IMG/VR virus record: IMGVR_UViG_3300036770_008730
Reading direction: 5' to 3' (one strand)
DNA from: a virus
Taxonomy: Duplodnaviria > Caudoviricetes
Length of the DNA: 64,000 nucleotides
Made by a program: the position numbers and the translations under genes
Part shown: positions 18,953 through 27,344 of the stretch, piece by piece
Layout: each line of letters begins with the position of its first letter
How positions within the stretch are numbered: the first letter of the stretch is position 1
Notes under the pieces: generated by a model
Told to the model about the DNA's origin: nothing
The model's input: the letters and a program-made list of their open reading frames with translations, nothing else
Databases searched by the model: none

Positions 18953-20050
18953 ATGAGAGTCAGAAAGAAATTCCTACAACTTACAAAATATACCTACCCA
19001 TACGGAACAGAAAGCTTCCTTAAATCATATTTACCAACTGGTTATCAAACGGATGCTCACGGTAACTTTTATTATGTTGTTGGTGATAAACCAACTACTA
19101 TGTTTACCTGTCATTTAGACACTGCTTGTATAAGACAAGAAAAAGTAACACATGTTATAAATCAAAATATGGTTTCTACAGATGGTAAAACTATATTAGG
19201 TGCTGATGATAAAGCTGGAATGGTTGTTTTGCTTTATATGATAGAAAATAAAGTTCCAGGTCTTTACTACTTCTTCTTAGGAGAAGAGGTTGGTTGTATT
19301 GGGTCTGGTAAACTAGCTGCTGATTGGAAAAATTCTATATTTAGTGATACTATCAATAAATGTGTTTCTTTTGATAGAAGAGGAACAAAATCAATTATCA
19401 CTCACCAATTATATGGTAGATGTTGTTCTGATGAATTTGGTCAAGATTTGGCAAATAAACTTAACTTAACTGGTCAGGGATTGGCTATGGAATTAGATGA
19501 TACTGGTATTTTTACCGACTCCGCTAAATTTATGTCTTTAGTTCCAGAGTGTACTAATATATCGGTTGGTTATTACAACGAACATACAACTAAAGAATGT
19601 CAAAATATTGATTTTTTATCTAACTTATGTAAAGCAGTTTGTAAGATTGATTGGAATTCATTACCTATAGTAAGAGATGCCTCTAGTGAAGATAATTGGT
19701 TTTGTGATGAAGATGATGATTTTGAAGATGATGAAGATCAATTAACTTTTAAGGACGAACTTTACTCCTACTTTCGGCTCAATAAAGGACAACCTGCTAA
19801 AAAAATGTTTATTTCTACTAAACAAATTCAATATGAAAAAGAAATAATTTCTGACTGGATTGCTAATAAGAGTTCTTATTTCGGAGTTAGTGATATTCAT
19901 TGGAATGGAAATATGCTTCAAATTGAAAATCAATATGGTCAAATTGAGTTTGTTGGATATAGATATGATCTATTCTCACTAATTCCACAGTTAGAACAGG
20001 TTGATATGAGACATATTAAAGAAAGAATAAGTAAAGTAATTGTCTTTTAA
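18953..20050 (+). CDS. M28/M20-family metallopeptidase
   Basis: CHLDT, GADDKAG, GEEVG, SFDRRG, TDS, NISVGYYNEHT metal-ligand motifs. Confidence 0.8.
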   Translation: MRVRKKFLQLTKYTYPYGTESFLKSYLPTGYQTDAHGNFYYVVGDKPTTMFTCHLDTACIRQEKVTHVINQNMVSTDGKTILGADDKAGMVVLLYMIENKVPGLYYFFLGEEVGCIGSGKLAADWKNSIFSDTINKCVSFDRRGTKSIITHQLYGRCCSDEFGQDLANKLNLTGQGLAMELDDTGIFTDSAKFMSLVPECTNISVGYYNEHTTKECQNIDFLSNLCKAVCKIDWNSLPIVRDASSEDNWFCDEDDDFEDDEDQLTFKDELYSYFRLNKGQPAKKMFISTKQIQYEKEIISDWIANKSSYFGVSDIHWNGNMLQIENQYGQIEFVGYRYDLFSLIPQLEQVDMRHIKERISKVIVF

Positions 20051-20235
20051 CCTAATATAATTCCAGGATTTTTATACCCTTTTTGTTTTGTTATTTCCAA
20101 CATTTGAGAAGTCGAAAGTTCGTTGGGATTCCAACCTTTCTTTTTTGAATATTCGTTAACAAATTTTTCTCTTAAAAAATCTAGTTCAGATTTTTTAATT
20201 TGTTGATTTCCTAAAATTAATTCTTCTTTTTTCAT
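20047..20235 (-). CDS. Small hypothetical protein
   Basis: 62-aa ORF, coupled downstream of 20246..20674. Confidence 0.6.
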   Translation of the reverse strand: MKKEELILGNQQIKKSELDFLREKFVNEYSKKKGWNPNELSTSQMLEITKQKGYKNPGIILG

Positions 20236-20245
20236 ATTTTATTCT

Positions 20246-20674
20246 TTATTTTATTAGTAAGTAAGTCAGAACTTGTAAAACAACACCTAATATTAATGCA
20301 GTTGTTCTATGTTTATATTTCATCAATGGTGCAAACGGTGGAAATGTCTTCGATTCATCTTTCCATCCTTTTGGATAAACTTTACCACCTAGTTTGTTTC
20401 TGGTATAATAATATGTTCCATTGTGAAAAAAACTAAATTCTAACAATAGACTTGTAGTTATTAGTAGAGAAAATGGGCCTATATAGTTTGACATAAATGC
20501 TGTTAATATTATCGATACTAAAAATCTTTGTAAATTAAATACTGGATTAATATTAAAGTCACATGCTTTTTTGCACATATTCTCATAATGCCAGTAAAAA
20601 CCTTCTCTTGATCCTTCTGTTATCGAATATAAAACCCAAATAAAGTTTATTAGTAATAATGAAATTAATGTCAT
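20246..20674 (-). CDS. Hypothetical membrane protein
   Basis: Three to four hydrophobic segments in 142 aa. Confidence 0.65.
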   Translation of the reverse strand: MTLISLLLINFIWVLYSITEGSREGFYWHYENMCKKACDFNINPVFNLQRFLVSIILTAFMSNYIGPFSLLITTSLLLEFSFFHNGTYYYTRNKLGGKVYPKGWKDESKTFPPFAPLMKYKHRTTALILGVVLQVLTYLLIK

Positions 20675-20675
20675 A

Positions 20676-20706
20676 TTGTATATATAATTTTTTATAAGTA
20701 TATTTG
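20676..20706 (+). promoter_or_regulatory. Bacteroidota-type promoter TTG-N20-TATATTTG
   Basis: Consensus match ending 5 nt before ATG 20712. Confidence 0.6.
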
Positions 20707-20711
20707 TATCG

Positions 20712-21182
20712 ATGTTTGAATTAAAGGGTAAAATACAATTTGATCCAGTAAATGTAACTAGAAAACATAGTAGGCAATCTTCTTGGAAGAAAACCGCTAT
20801 GATTAAAATTGATGATGATACTTGGTCATACTACGCTTGGTTTATTGAAAAGAGATTTAATCTCAAATTAAATAAACCTTTAAGAGGAACTCATATAACT
20901 ATTATAAATGATAAGTGCGATTTTGATATATTTGAGCAGGCTAGAACAGTGTTTGATGGTAAAGAGATAACATTAAAATATGATCCTACTTGTATAAGAG
21001 CTAATAAAAAAGGTCACTGGTGGATAAAAGTTTATTGTGAAGAAGTCAAATCAATTAGAATTGCTATGGGAATGACTCCTGAGCCCTATTTTGGTCTACA
21101 TTTAACTATTGGAATTGCTACTCACTTACAACTTGAACATTCAAATTATATATTGGATCAATGTATTAAATTTAATTTATGA
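20712..21182 (+). CDS. 2H phosphoesterase (two HxT motifs)
   Basis: RGTHITI and GLHLTIG about 70 aa apart in a 156-aa protein. Confidence 0.65.
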   Translation: MFELKGKIQFDPVNVTRKHSRQSSWKKTAMIKIDDDTWSYYAWFIEKRFNLKLNKPLRGTHITIINDKCDFDIFEQARTVFDGKEITLKYDPTCIRANKKGHWWIKVYCEEVKSIRIAMGMTPEPYFGLHLTIGIATHLQLEHSNYILDQCIKFNL

Positions 21183-21532
21183 TGGATGATTTTTTTGACA
21201 GCTTCAAAGGTAGGCCTAAATATGACCATAAGATAAGAGTGGTTCATTTCAAAAAGGAACCCTATGATATTTATATTGGTAGACTTCCGAATGGTAAGTT
21301 CAATAAGTGGGCTTATCCAAAAGAATTACGAGAAAAGTTTCCTGAGGGGACTTCGCGTAAAGTAATTGTTGATGCTTATGAGGATTATTTACTTTCAAAC
21401 GAAGAGTTGATGAATTCTCTTCATGAGTTAAAAGATAAAGTTCTTGGTTGTTGGTGTAAAAATTTAGGAGGTACTGGTAAATCTTGTCATGGAGACATAC
21501 TTGTAAAGTGGGTTAAAATTAAATGTAATTAG
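21179..21532 (+). CDS. DUF4326-family protein
   Basis: VVHFKKEPYDIYIGR ... LKDKVLGCWCK ... CHGDIL. Confidence 0.8.
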   Translation: MMDDFFDSFKGRPKYDHKIRVVHFKKEPYDIYIGRLPNGKFNKWAYPKELREKFPEGTSRKVIVDAYEDYLLSNEELMNSLHELKDKVLGCWCKNLGGTGKSCHGDILVKWVKIKCN

Positions 21533-21585
21533 TAAAACAAAATGACTTTAGATTAGTAAAATTAAAGTATTTCAAAAAATTAAAA

Positions 21586-22377
21586 ATGCCAGAGCTAGCT
21601 GAAGTCAAAATTGTCGCGGATTATGTAAATCACCATTCTAAGGATAGAACATTTTCTAAAGTCTTTCATGTCAAAAAAGGAAATTTACCTGAGGACTCTA
21701 ATCTAATTGAGAATTTCAAACTAATTGCTGATTCAAATGGGAAAGAATTGATACTAACTCTTAAAAATGAATTAAAGACTATTAGTATCTCTGTATTTAT
21801 GGGTATGTCTGGTAATTGGCTTTTTACCGATACTTCTACCTGGTCTGATAGAAAATTCACTAGACTTAGATTAGATACATCAGATGGTAATTCTTTATTA
21901 TTGTGGGGTCTTTATATGGGTCCTAAGTATAAAGTTGGTGGTTTTACTGGTGTAAAAAGAGGACCAGATCCAACAAAAGATTTTGACAATTTTAAATCTT
22001 CTGTTCTATCTAACTTAGATAAGAAGAATTTTGATAGGCCTATTTGTGAGGCCTTACTAGACCAAAAATATTTTAATGGTATAGGTAACTATCTTAGAAG
22101 TACAATATTGTACTATGCGAATGTTAATCCATTTGAAGTGGCCAGAGAATCACTGAAAAAAAACTCACAAATACTGGATTTGTGTAAATCAGTTCCTCTG
22201 AAGGCAATCGAATTAAATGGTGGGCAATTAAAAGACTGGAAAAGTCCGTTTGATACTGACTATGAAGAGTTCAAAAAATGGGTTTTTTATCAAAAAGGTT
22301 TATCTGTAAAAGATAATACTGGTAGAACATTTTGGTATGATGAAAAGTGGAAAGAGTTTAATATTTACAACAAATGA
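21586..22377 (+). CDS. Fpg/Nei-family DNA glycosylase/AP lyase
   Basis: N-terminal MPELAEV (catalytic Pro/Glu), H2TH motif LLDQKYFNGIGNYLRSTIL; no C-terminal Cys4 finger. Confidence 0.9.
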   Translation: MPELAEVKIVADYVNHHSKDRTFSKVFHVKKGNLPEDSNLIENFKLIADSNGKELILTLKNELKTISISVFMGMSGNWLFTDTSTWSDRKFTRLRLDTSDGNSLLLWGLYMGPKYKVGGFTGVKRGPDPTKDFDNFKSSVLSNLDKKNFDRPICEALLDQKYFNGIGNYLRSTILYYANVNPFEVARESLKKNSQILDLCKSVPLKAIELNGGQLKDWKSPFDTDYEEFKKWVFYQKGLSVKDNTGRTFWYDEKWKEFNIYNK

Positions 22378-24158
22378 AATTTACAACAAAAAAATTACTT
22401 AGTGTGGTTTGGGAATTTGCCAAACCTTTTAGAAAATCATTTTTAATGGTTTTATTTATCATAATTTTTATGACATCGATTGATGCCATAAACTCTTATT
22501 TTATGTCAAAAGTCTTTGATTCACTTCAAACACAAACATCTTTACAGACTACACTTATCTTTTGCCTTTTATCCTTTGGATTTGTTACCCTAAGAATAGT
22601 CTTACAAAGATGGAGAGAAATATTAGAAACTAAAAAATTAGATGTTTTTATAACTAATCACCTCAATCATCAATCTATTGCTAAATTCTTTACATTTTCA
22701 AATGGACAACATATCAATGAACATTCTGGTGTAAAACAAAGTATAATAACTTCCGGGTTCTCATCGATTCAGAATTTTATGAATATGTTAATTTATAATT
22801 TAATACCACACGCTTCTTTATTTCTAGCATCATTAGTTATTTTCTATTATGTTCATTGGTCAATTGGCTTAGTCTATACGATTGGTTCTGTTATTTATTT
22901 TTGGCAAATGTTAGTTTATAACAAGCAAATACATCCAAAAGTTAAAGAGGTAAATGAAATTAGAAATCAAAACTCTAGATTTATATCCGAAGTTTATCGA
23001 TATGTATTTCTGATAAAAAATGAGGTTGCTGAAAAGAAAACACTTTCTAATTTAGAGGATATTCAATCAAAATTTTATAATAAAAATTTGGAGACTTGGA
23101 CTTTTGGTCTTAAAAAGATAATGTGGATAAGACTAGTGCCGAATATATTCAGATATTCTACTATGTTAATTTCTGTTTGGTTATTTTTTCAAGGATTGAC
23201 AACCATTGGTGGTTTGTTTTTAGTATTCACTTGGTCTAGTCATTTCATTAATAGTTTGTGGTGGTTAGCTGAAATTCAAAAACAATTTATTACTGATAAG
23301 ATTAATATAGAGAAGTATTTTGAAATGCTTGAAATTCCTTCTGATATAGAGTTTTCCGATAATCCTGTTTCTAAGTCAAACTATTCTGAAATTGAATTTA
23401 AAAGTGTAGAATTCTCTTATCCTAAAAGAACAAAAGAACATACAGATGAAAAACAAGAAAAAGAACCAGTATTGAAATCTATATCTTTTAAGATTGAGAG
23501 TGGTGAGAAAGTTGCATTTGTGGGAGAATCTGGATCTGGTAAATCCACTATTGCTAATCTTATTAGAAGAGCTTTTGATCCTCAGTCTGGTGAGATATTA
23601 ATAGATGGTGTTAATCTAAGAGATTTAGAATTATCAAATTTTTTGAAATCAATAGGTTCTGTTGACCAAGAGGTTATTTTATTTGACCGCTCACTAAGAG
23701 ATAACATTTCTTTTGGTTTGGATAGAATACTAACCAATGAAGAATTAGAATCGATTTCCAAAAAGAGTGGAGTAAGTAAGTTTTTTCATAAATTAGAACA
23801 TGGTTGGGACACAATAATTGGTGAAAGAGGTTGTAAGCTATCTGGTGGTGAAAGACAAAGAATTGGTATTGCCAGGGCTTTAGCAAAAAAGCCAGAAATA
23901 CTTATCTTTGATGAGGCTACTTCAGCTTTAGATTCAGTAAGTGAAACATTTGTTCAAAAATCAATTGATGAAAGTTGCAAAGGCAAAACCTCAATAGTTA
24001 TAGCTCATAGATTATCCACTGTTAAAAACTGCGATAGAATATTTGTTATGAAAGATGGAGAGATTATCTGTAGTGGAACACATAGATATCTTTTATCTAA
24101 TTGTGAATATTATAATAATTTAATCAAAAATCAATTACAGGAAGTTTTAGTAAACTAA
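22374..24158 (+). CDS. ABC transporter, fused permease and ATPase (type IV exporter half-transporter)
   Basis: About six TM helices, Walker A GESGSGKS, signature LSGGERQR, Walker B ILIFDEATS, H-loop IAHRL. Confidence 0.95.
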   Translation: MKFTTKKLLSVVWEFAKPFRKSFLMVLFIIIFMTSIDAINSYFMSKVFDSLQTQTSLQTTLIFCLLSFGFVTLRIVLQRWREILETKKLDVFITNHLNHQSIAKFFTFSNGQHINEHSGVKQSIITSGFSSIQNFMNMLIYNLIPHASLFLASLVIFYYVHWSIGLVYTIGSVIYFWQMLVYNKQIHPKVKEVNEIRNQNSRFISEVYRYVFLIKNEVAEKKTLSNLEDIQSKFYNKNLETWTFGLKKIMWIRLVPNIFRYSTMLISVWLFFQGLTTIGGLFLVFTWSSHFINSLWWLAEIQKQFITDKINIEKYFEMLEIPSDIEFSDNPVSKSNYSEIEFKSVEFSYPKRTKEHTDEKQEKEPVLKSISFKIESGEKVAFVGESGSGKSTIANLIRRAFDPQSGEILIDGVNLRDLELSNFLKSIGSVDQEVILFDRSLRDNISFGLDRILTNEELESISKKSGVSKFFHKLEHGWDTIIGERGCKLSGGERQRIGIARALAKKPEILIFDEATSALDSVSETFVQKSIDESCKGKTSIVIAHRLSTVKNCDRIFVMKDGEIICSGTHRYLLSNCEYYNNLIKNQLQEVLVN

Positions 24159-24179
24159 TTTTTTGAATTAGTGTATAAT
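24152..24179 (+). promoter_or_regulatory. Putative 'middle' promoter AAACTA-N16-TATAAT
   Basis: Heads the 24185-thyA operon. Confidence 0.55.
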
Positions 24180-24184
24180 GATTA

Positions 24185-24691
24185 ATGATTGATTGTGATT
24201 ATATAATTTTTCACGGTGACCGAAATGTCGGAAGAAGTTCATTGTTATTTACTTTAGCTAACATCTGTAAGTCTAATAATGAAACTACTTTTTTCTTTGG
24301 CACCACCGATGAATTCAATTCAGAATCTATGATAGATAGTCCTTTTTCGAGAAAGTTCTTTTATAGACACAGAGATACAAGGTTAGTCGAAAATATTTTT
24401 CAAATAGCAGAAAGAGAAAAGTGTCAGTATGTTTTTATCGATGATATTGATTTTCTAAGTGTAGAGGATTTGAAAATAATTAATGAGTCAAAAGTCAAAA
24501 AAATTGCAACTTGTCTCACTGGTAAGATTCCTAAGCTTACGACTTATAAATCCTATGAATTATCTAGTGTATATGATGATGCAACCTTTAGAGAAGAAAA
24601 ATACCTCAGTTCTGATGGTTCAAAAATACCAATTACAGTTTTTTTCAAAACATTTGAAAGAGACAAAAAAATAAATTCAATACTTAAATGA
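24185..24691 (+). CDS. Degenerate P-loop-like protein with C-terminal RxxKI motif
   Basis: GDRNVGRSS (Walker-A-like with Arg for Lys), VFIDD (Walker-B-like), ends ERDKKINSILK. Confidence 0.45.
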   Translation: MIDCDYIIFHGDRNVGRSSLLFTLANICKSNNETTFFFGTTDEFNSESMIDSPFSRKFFYRHRDTRLVENIFQIAEREKCQYVFIDDIDFLSVEDLKIINESKVKKIATCLTGKIPKLTTYKSYELSSVYDDATFREEKYLSSDGSKIPITVFFKTFERDKKINSILK

Positions 24692-25863
24692 AGAATAATG
24701 TTGATGAACAATATTTACAATTAGTAAAACACATACTTAAAAATGGTGTAAAGAAATCTGATAGAACTGGAACTGGAACACTTTCGGTTTTTGATTATTC
24801 TATGAGATTCGATATGAGTGAAGGATTTCCACTCTTAACATCAAAAAAGATGTTTACAAAAGGTGTGATTCACGAACTTATTTGGTTTTTAAGGGGAGAT
24901 ACAAATATCAAATATCTTGTTGATAATGATGTTCATATCTGGGATGGAGACGCTTATAAACGATTTTTAACAGATGCAGCATCAATTAAAGAAGGATATT
25001 TGTCAGGTGACATTTTAGGTTCACAACCACACATTGATGAAATGTTTAGTAATCCTGATGAATTGATTATTTTAACAAAAGAAGAATTCATTGAAAAAAT
25101 CAAAACAGACGATGAATTTGCTAAGAAGTGGGGAAATCTCGGTCCCGTGTATGGGAAGCAATGGATAAGTTGGTCTAAATTTAATGATCGATCGGCAAGA
25201 GTAACTAAGCAAATTAGAGAAACTCCAAAAGATGGAGGATTTCCACAAACCAGAAATATTAATTGGATTGAAGGTGGTGAAGTAGTTTACATAGACCAAA
25301 TCGCAAACCTAATCAACGACCTTAAAACAAATCCTGATTCTAGAAGACTAATGGTAAGTGCCTGGAACGTCGGTGAAATAGACAATATGGTTTTGCCTCC
25401 ATGTCACTATGGATTTCAATGTTATACACAAGAGATGAATCTCTTTGAGAGAAAAAAATGGTGGTGTGAGTCTTTGGAGAAAAGTATTCATTATGCTGAA
25501 GATTTTAATGAGAAAGAACTAGACACATTAAATGTTCCTAAAAGAAAATTAAGTTTAAAATGGAATCAAAGATCGGTCGATGTCGGTTTAGGTTTGGGAT
25601 TCAACATAGCTTCTTATGCTTTACTTTTACACTTACTTGCAAAAGAGGTAAATATGATACCAAATGAGTTGATATTCTCTGGTGGAGATTGTCACATTTA
25701 TTTGAATCATGTTGAGAAGTTAAAAGAACAGTTACAAAATGAAACTTTTGAATTGCCAAAATTAGAATTAACAAATACATCTTTTGATGATATAAAGTAT
25801 GAAGATATAAAAATAATAAATTACAAATCCTCAGGGGTTATAAAAATGAACTTATCAAATTAA
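24688..25863 (+). CDS. thyA: Thymidylate synthase
   Basis: DRTGTGT, GFPLLT, LGPVYGKQW, PDSRR, LPPCHY, NQRSVD, FNIASY, GDCHIY. Confidence 0.97.
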   Translation: MKNNVDEQYLQLVKHILKNGVKKSDRTGTGTLSVFDYSMRFDMSEGFPLLTSKKMFTKGVIHELIWFLRGDTNIKYLVDNDVHIWDGDAYKRFLTDAASIKEGYLSGDILGSQPHIDEMFSNPDELIILTKEEFIEKIKTDDEFAKKWGNLGPVYGKQWISWSKFNDRSARVTKQIRETPKDGGFPQTRNINWIEGGEVVYIDQIANLINDLKTNPDSRRLMVSAWNVGEIDNMVLPPCHYGFQCYTQEMNLFERKKWWCESLEKSIHYAEDFNEKELDTLNVPKRKLSLKWNQRSVDVGLGLGFNIASYALLLHLLAKEVNMIPNELIFSGGDCHIYLNHVEKLKEQLQNETFELPKLELTNTSFDDIKYEDIKIINYKSSGVIKMNLSN

Positions 25864-25864
25864 T

Positions 25865-26068
25865 ATGGAAAAAAAGAAAAATGAACCTGGATCTATCAAT
25901 ATGGTCAAAGTAAAAGAATCAATTTCAGCAATTGAGTTTTTAACTAAACAATATAAAAGAAAAAGAATGACTACAGAAAATTATATTAAGCAGATTCATC
26001 AAAATCTTGCTAATCTTGATACACAAAGAGACTATTTAGAGTATCTAAAAAATATTGGTCAGAACTAA
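25865..26068 (+). CDS. Small hypothetical protein
   Basis: 67-aa ORF coupled to thyA and to the next gene. Confidence 0.6.
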   Translation: MEKKKNEPGSINMVKVKESISAIEFLTKQYKRKRMTTENYIKQIHQNLANLDTQRDYLEYLKNIGQN

Positions 26069-26562
26069 TGAGTAAGGAAAATTATCTTAGTCCGATTGTT
26101 GAGGCTATAAAGAGTATAGACACTAATTCGGAAAACTCTAATAAGTGGGTTTATGATGAAGTGGTTTCTACAACTAGAGTTGTAGAAGAGCAAAAAGTTT
26201 TTTTGTGGATTAGACTTTACCTAAAAGAGGAGAACCTAAATGTTCAAGTTGGTGATGATGTTTCTATCAATTTTTCACCAAGTGGTGAGAAATTAGTTAC
26301 AAAGTTTGCAGCTTATGGTAAAGAAGGATTAGAAAAAGATCATGTCGGTCAAGTAACAAATTTCAATCCTAATGATGATAAAAGAGTTTTATGTTTGTTG
26401 GTTGATGAGAATTTTATTAATACAAGTGATGATATACCTTTTATAAGAACATTATTTAAAACAGGTAAACATTATGAATACCAACTTGTAAAGAGAGATG
26501 AACTACAATTTGTAGTTGAAGGAAATGGAATTATTTTAGATTATTACGATTGTGATTTTTAA
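26068..26562 (+). CDS. Hypothetical protein
   Basis: 164-aa ORF, TAATG overlap with the previous gene. Confidence 0.7.
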   Translation: MSKENYLSPIVEAIKSIDTNSENSNKWVYDEVVSTTRVVEEQKVFLWIRLYLKEENLNVQVGDDVSINFSPSGEKLVTKFAAYGKEGLEKDHVGQVTNFNPNDDKRVLCLLVDENFINTSDDIPFIRTLFKTGKHYEYQLVKRDELQFVVEGNGIILDYYDCDF

Positions 26563-26563
26563 A

Positions 26564-27226
26564 CTAACCTTTTTTGAAGTCTAATTTATCCGATTTTATA
26601 TATCTATTGGTATATGAGCACAATGGTTGAAGATTTGAGTAATGATTCAACTTTAAGATGTCCTCTTCGGATTTTGCGGAAGATAATGGAACTATATGAT
26701 CAATTTCCCATCCATAGTTTAACTCTCCATTATATAATCCATAATTATTCCAGTTCATCCAATCTTCAAATTTTGATTCTATGTGAATTTTTAATTCAAG
26801 TGGTGTACATCCTATGATTTCATGTGTTCTTGATATTTTCACATATCCATTTTTCTTCAAAATACATCTTATCGAACTTCCTATGCGTTCACATAATCTT
26901 TTTGGTGCATTATTCCTCCTTAATTCATTGATTTCTTCTTTATTTAGTTTATATTTTTCTCGTCTTTTTTGTGTTATAGATTCTTTATTTTTTTGAAAGT
27001 AATTTTTTTTATATTCTTTAACTTTATCTTTGTCTATTTTTCTTTTTTCCTTATTATATTTTTTACCTCTTTCGCTTTCTTTTTCTTTGTTTTTGTTTCT
27101 ATACTCAGTGTATATTATTTTACAACAACTTCTACAATTAATGTTAAGTCCGTCTTTCTTGTTTTTATCCTTCGTGAACTCGAATAATTCTTTTTCTGAC
27201 TTACAAGTTGAACAATTTTTACTCAT
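26564..27226 (-). mobile_element. Free-standing HNH homing-endonuclease gene
   Basis: N-terminal CxxC..CxxC (CSTC..CRSC), Lys-rich linker, WEIDHIVPLS..NHYSNLQPL HNH core; inverted relative to the flanking operon. Confidence 0.8.
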
Positions 27227-27269
27227 ACATTTAATTAATTTTTGTATATATTAATATTGAGTATCTATC

Positions 27270-27296
27270 AAACTTTTTTTCACAGAATTCTATAAC
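27270..27296 (+). promoter_or_regulatory. Putative 'middle' promoter AAACTT-N15-TATAAC
   Basis: Directly upstream of the DNA polymerase frame. Confidence 0.6.
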
Positions 27297-27344
27297 ATTT
27301 AAATAAAAAATAATCCAGAAGTCATTTTAGTAGAAACACAATAT

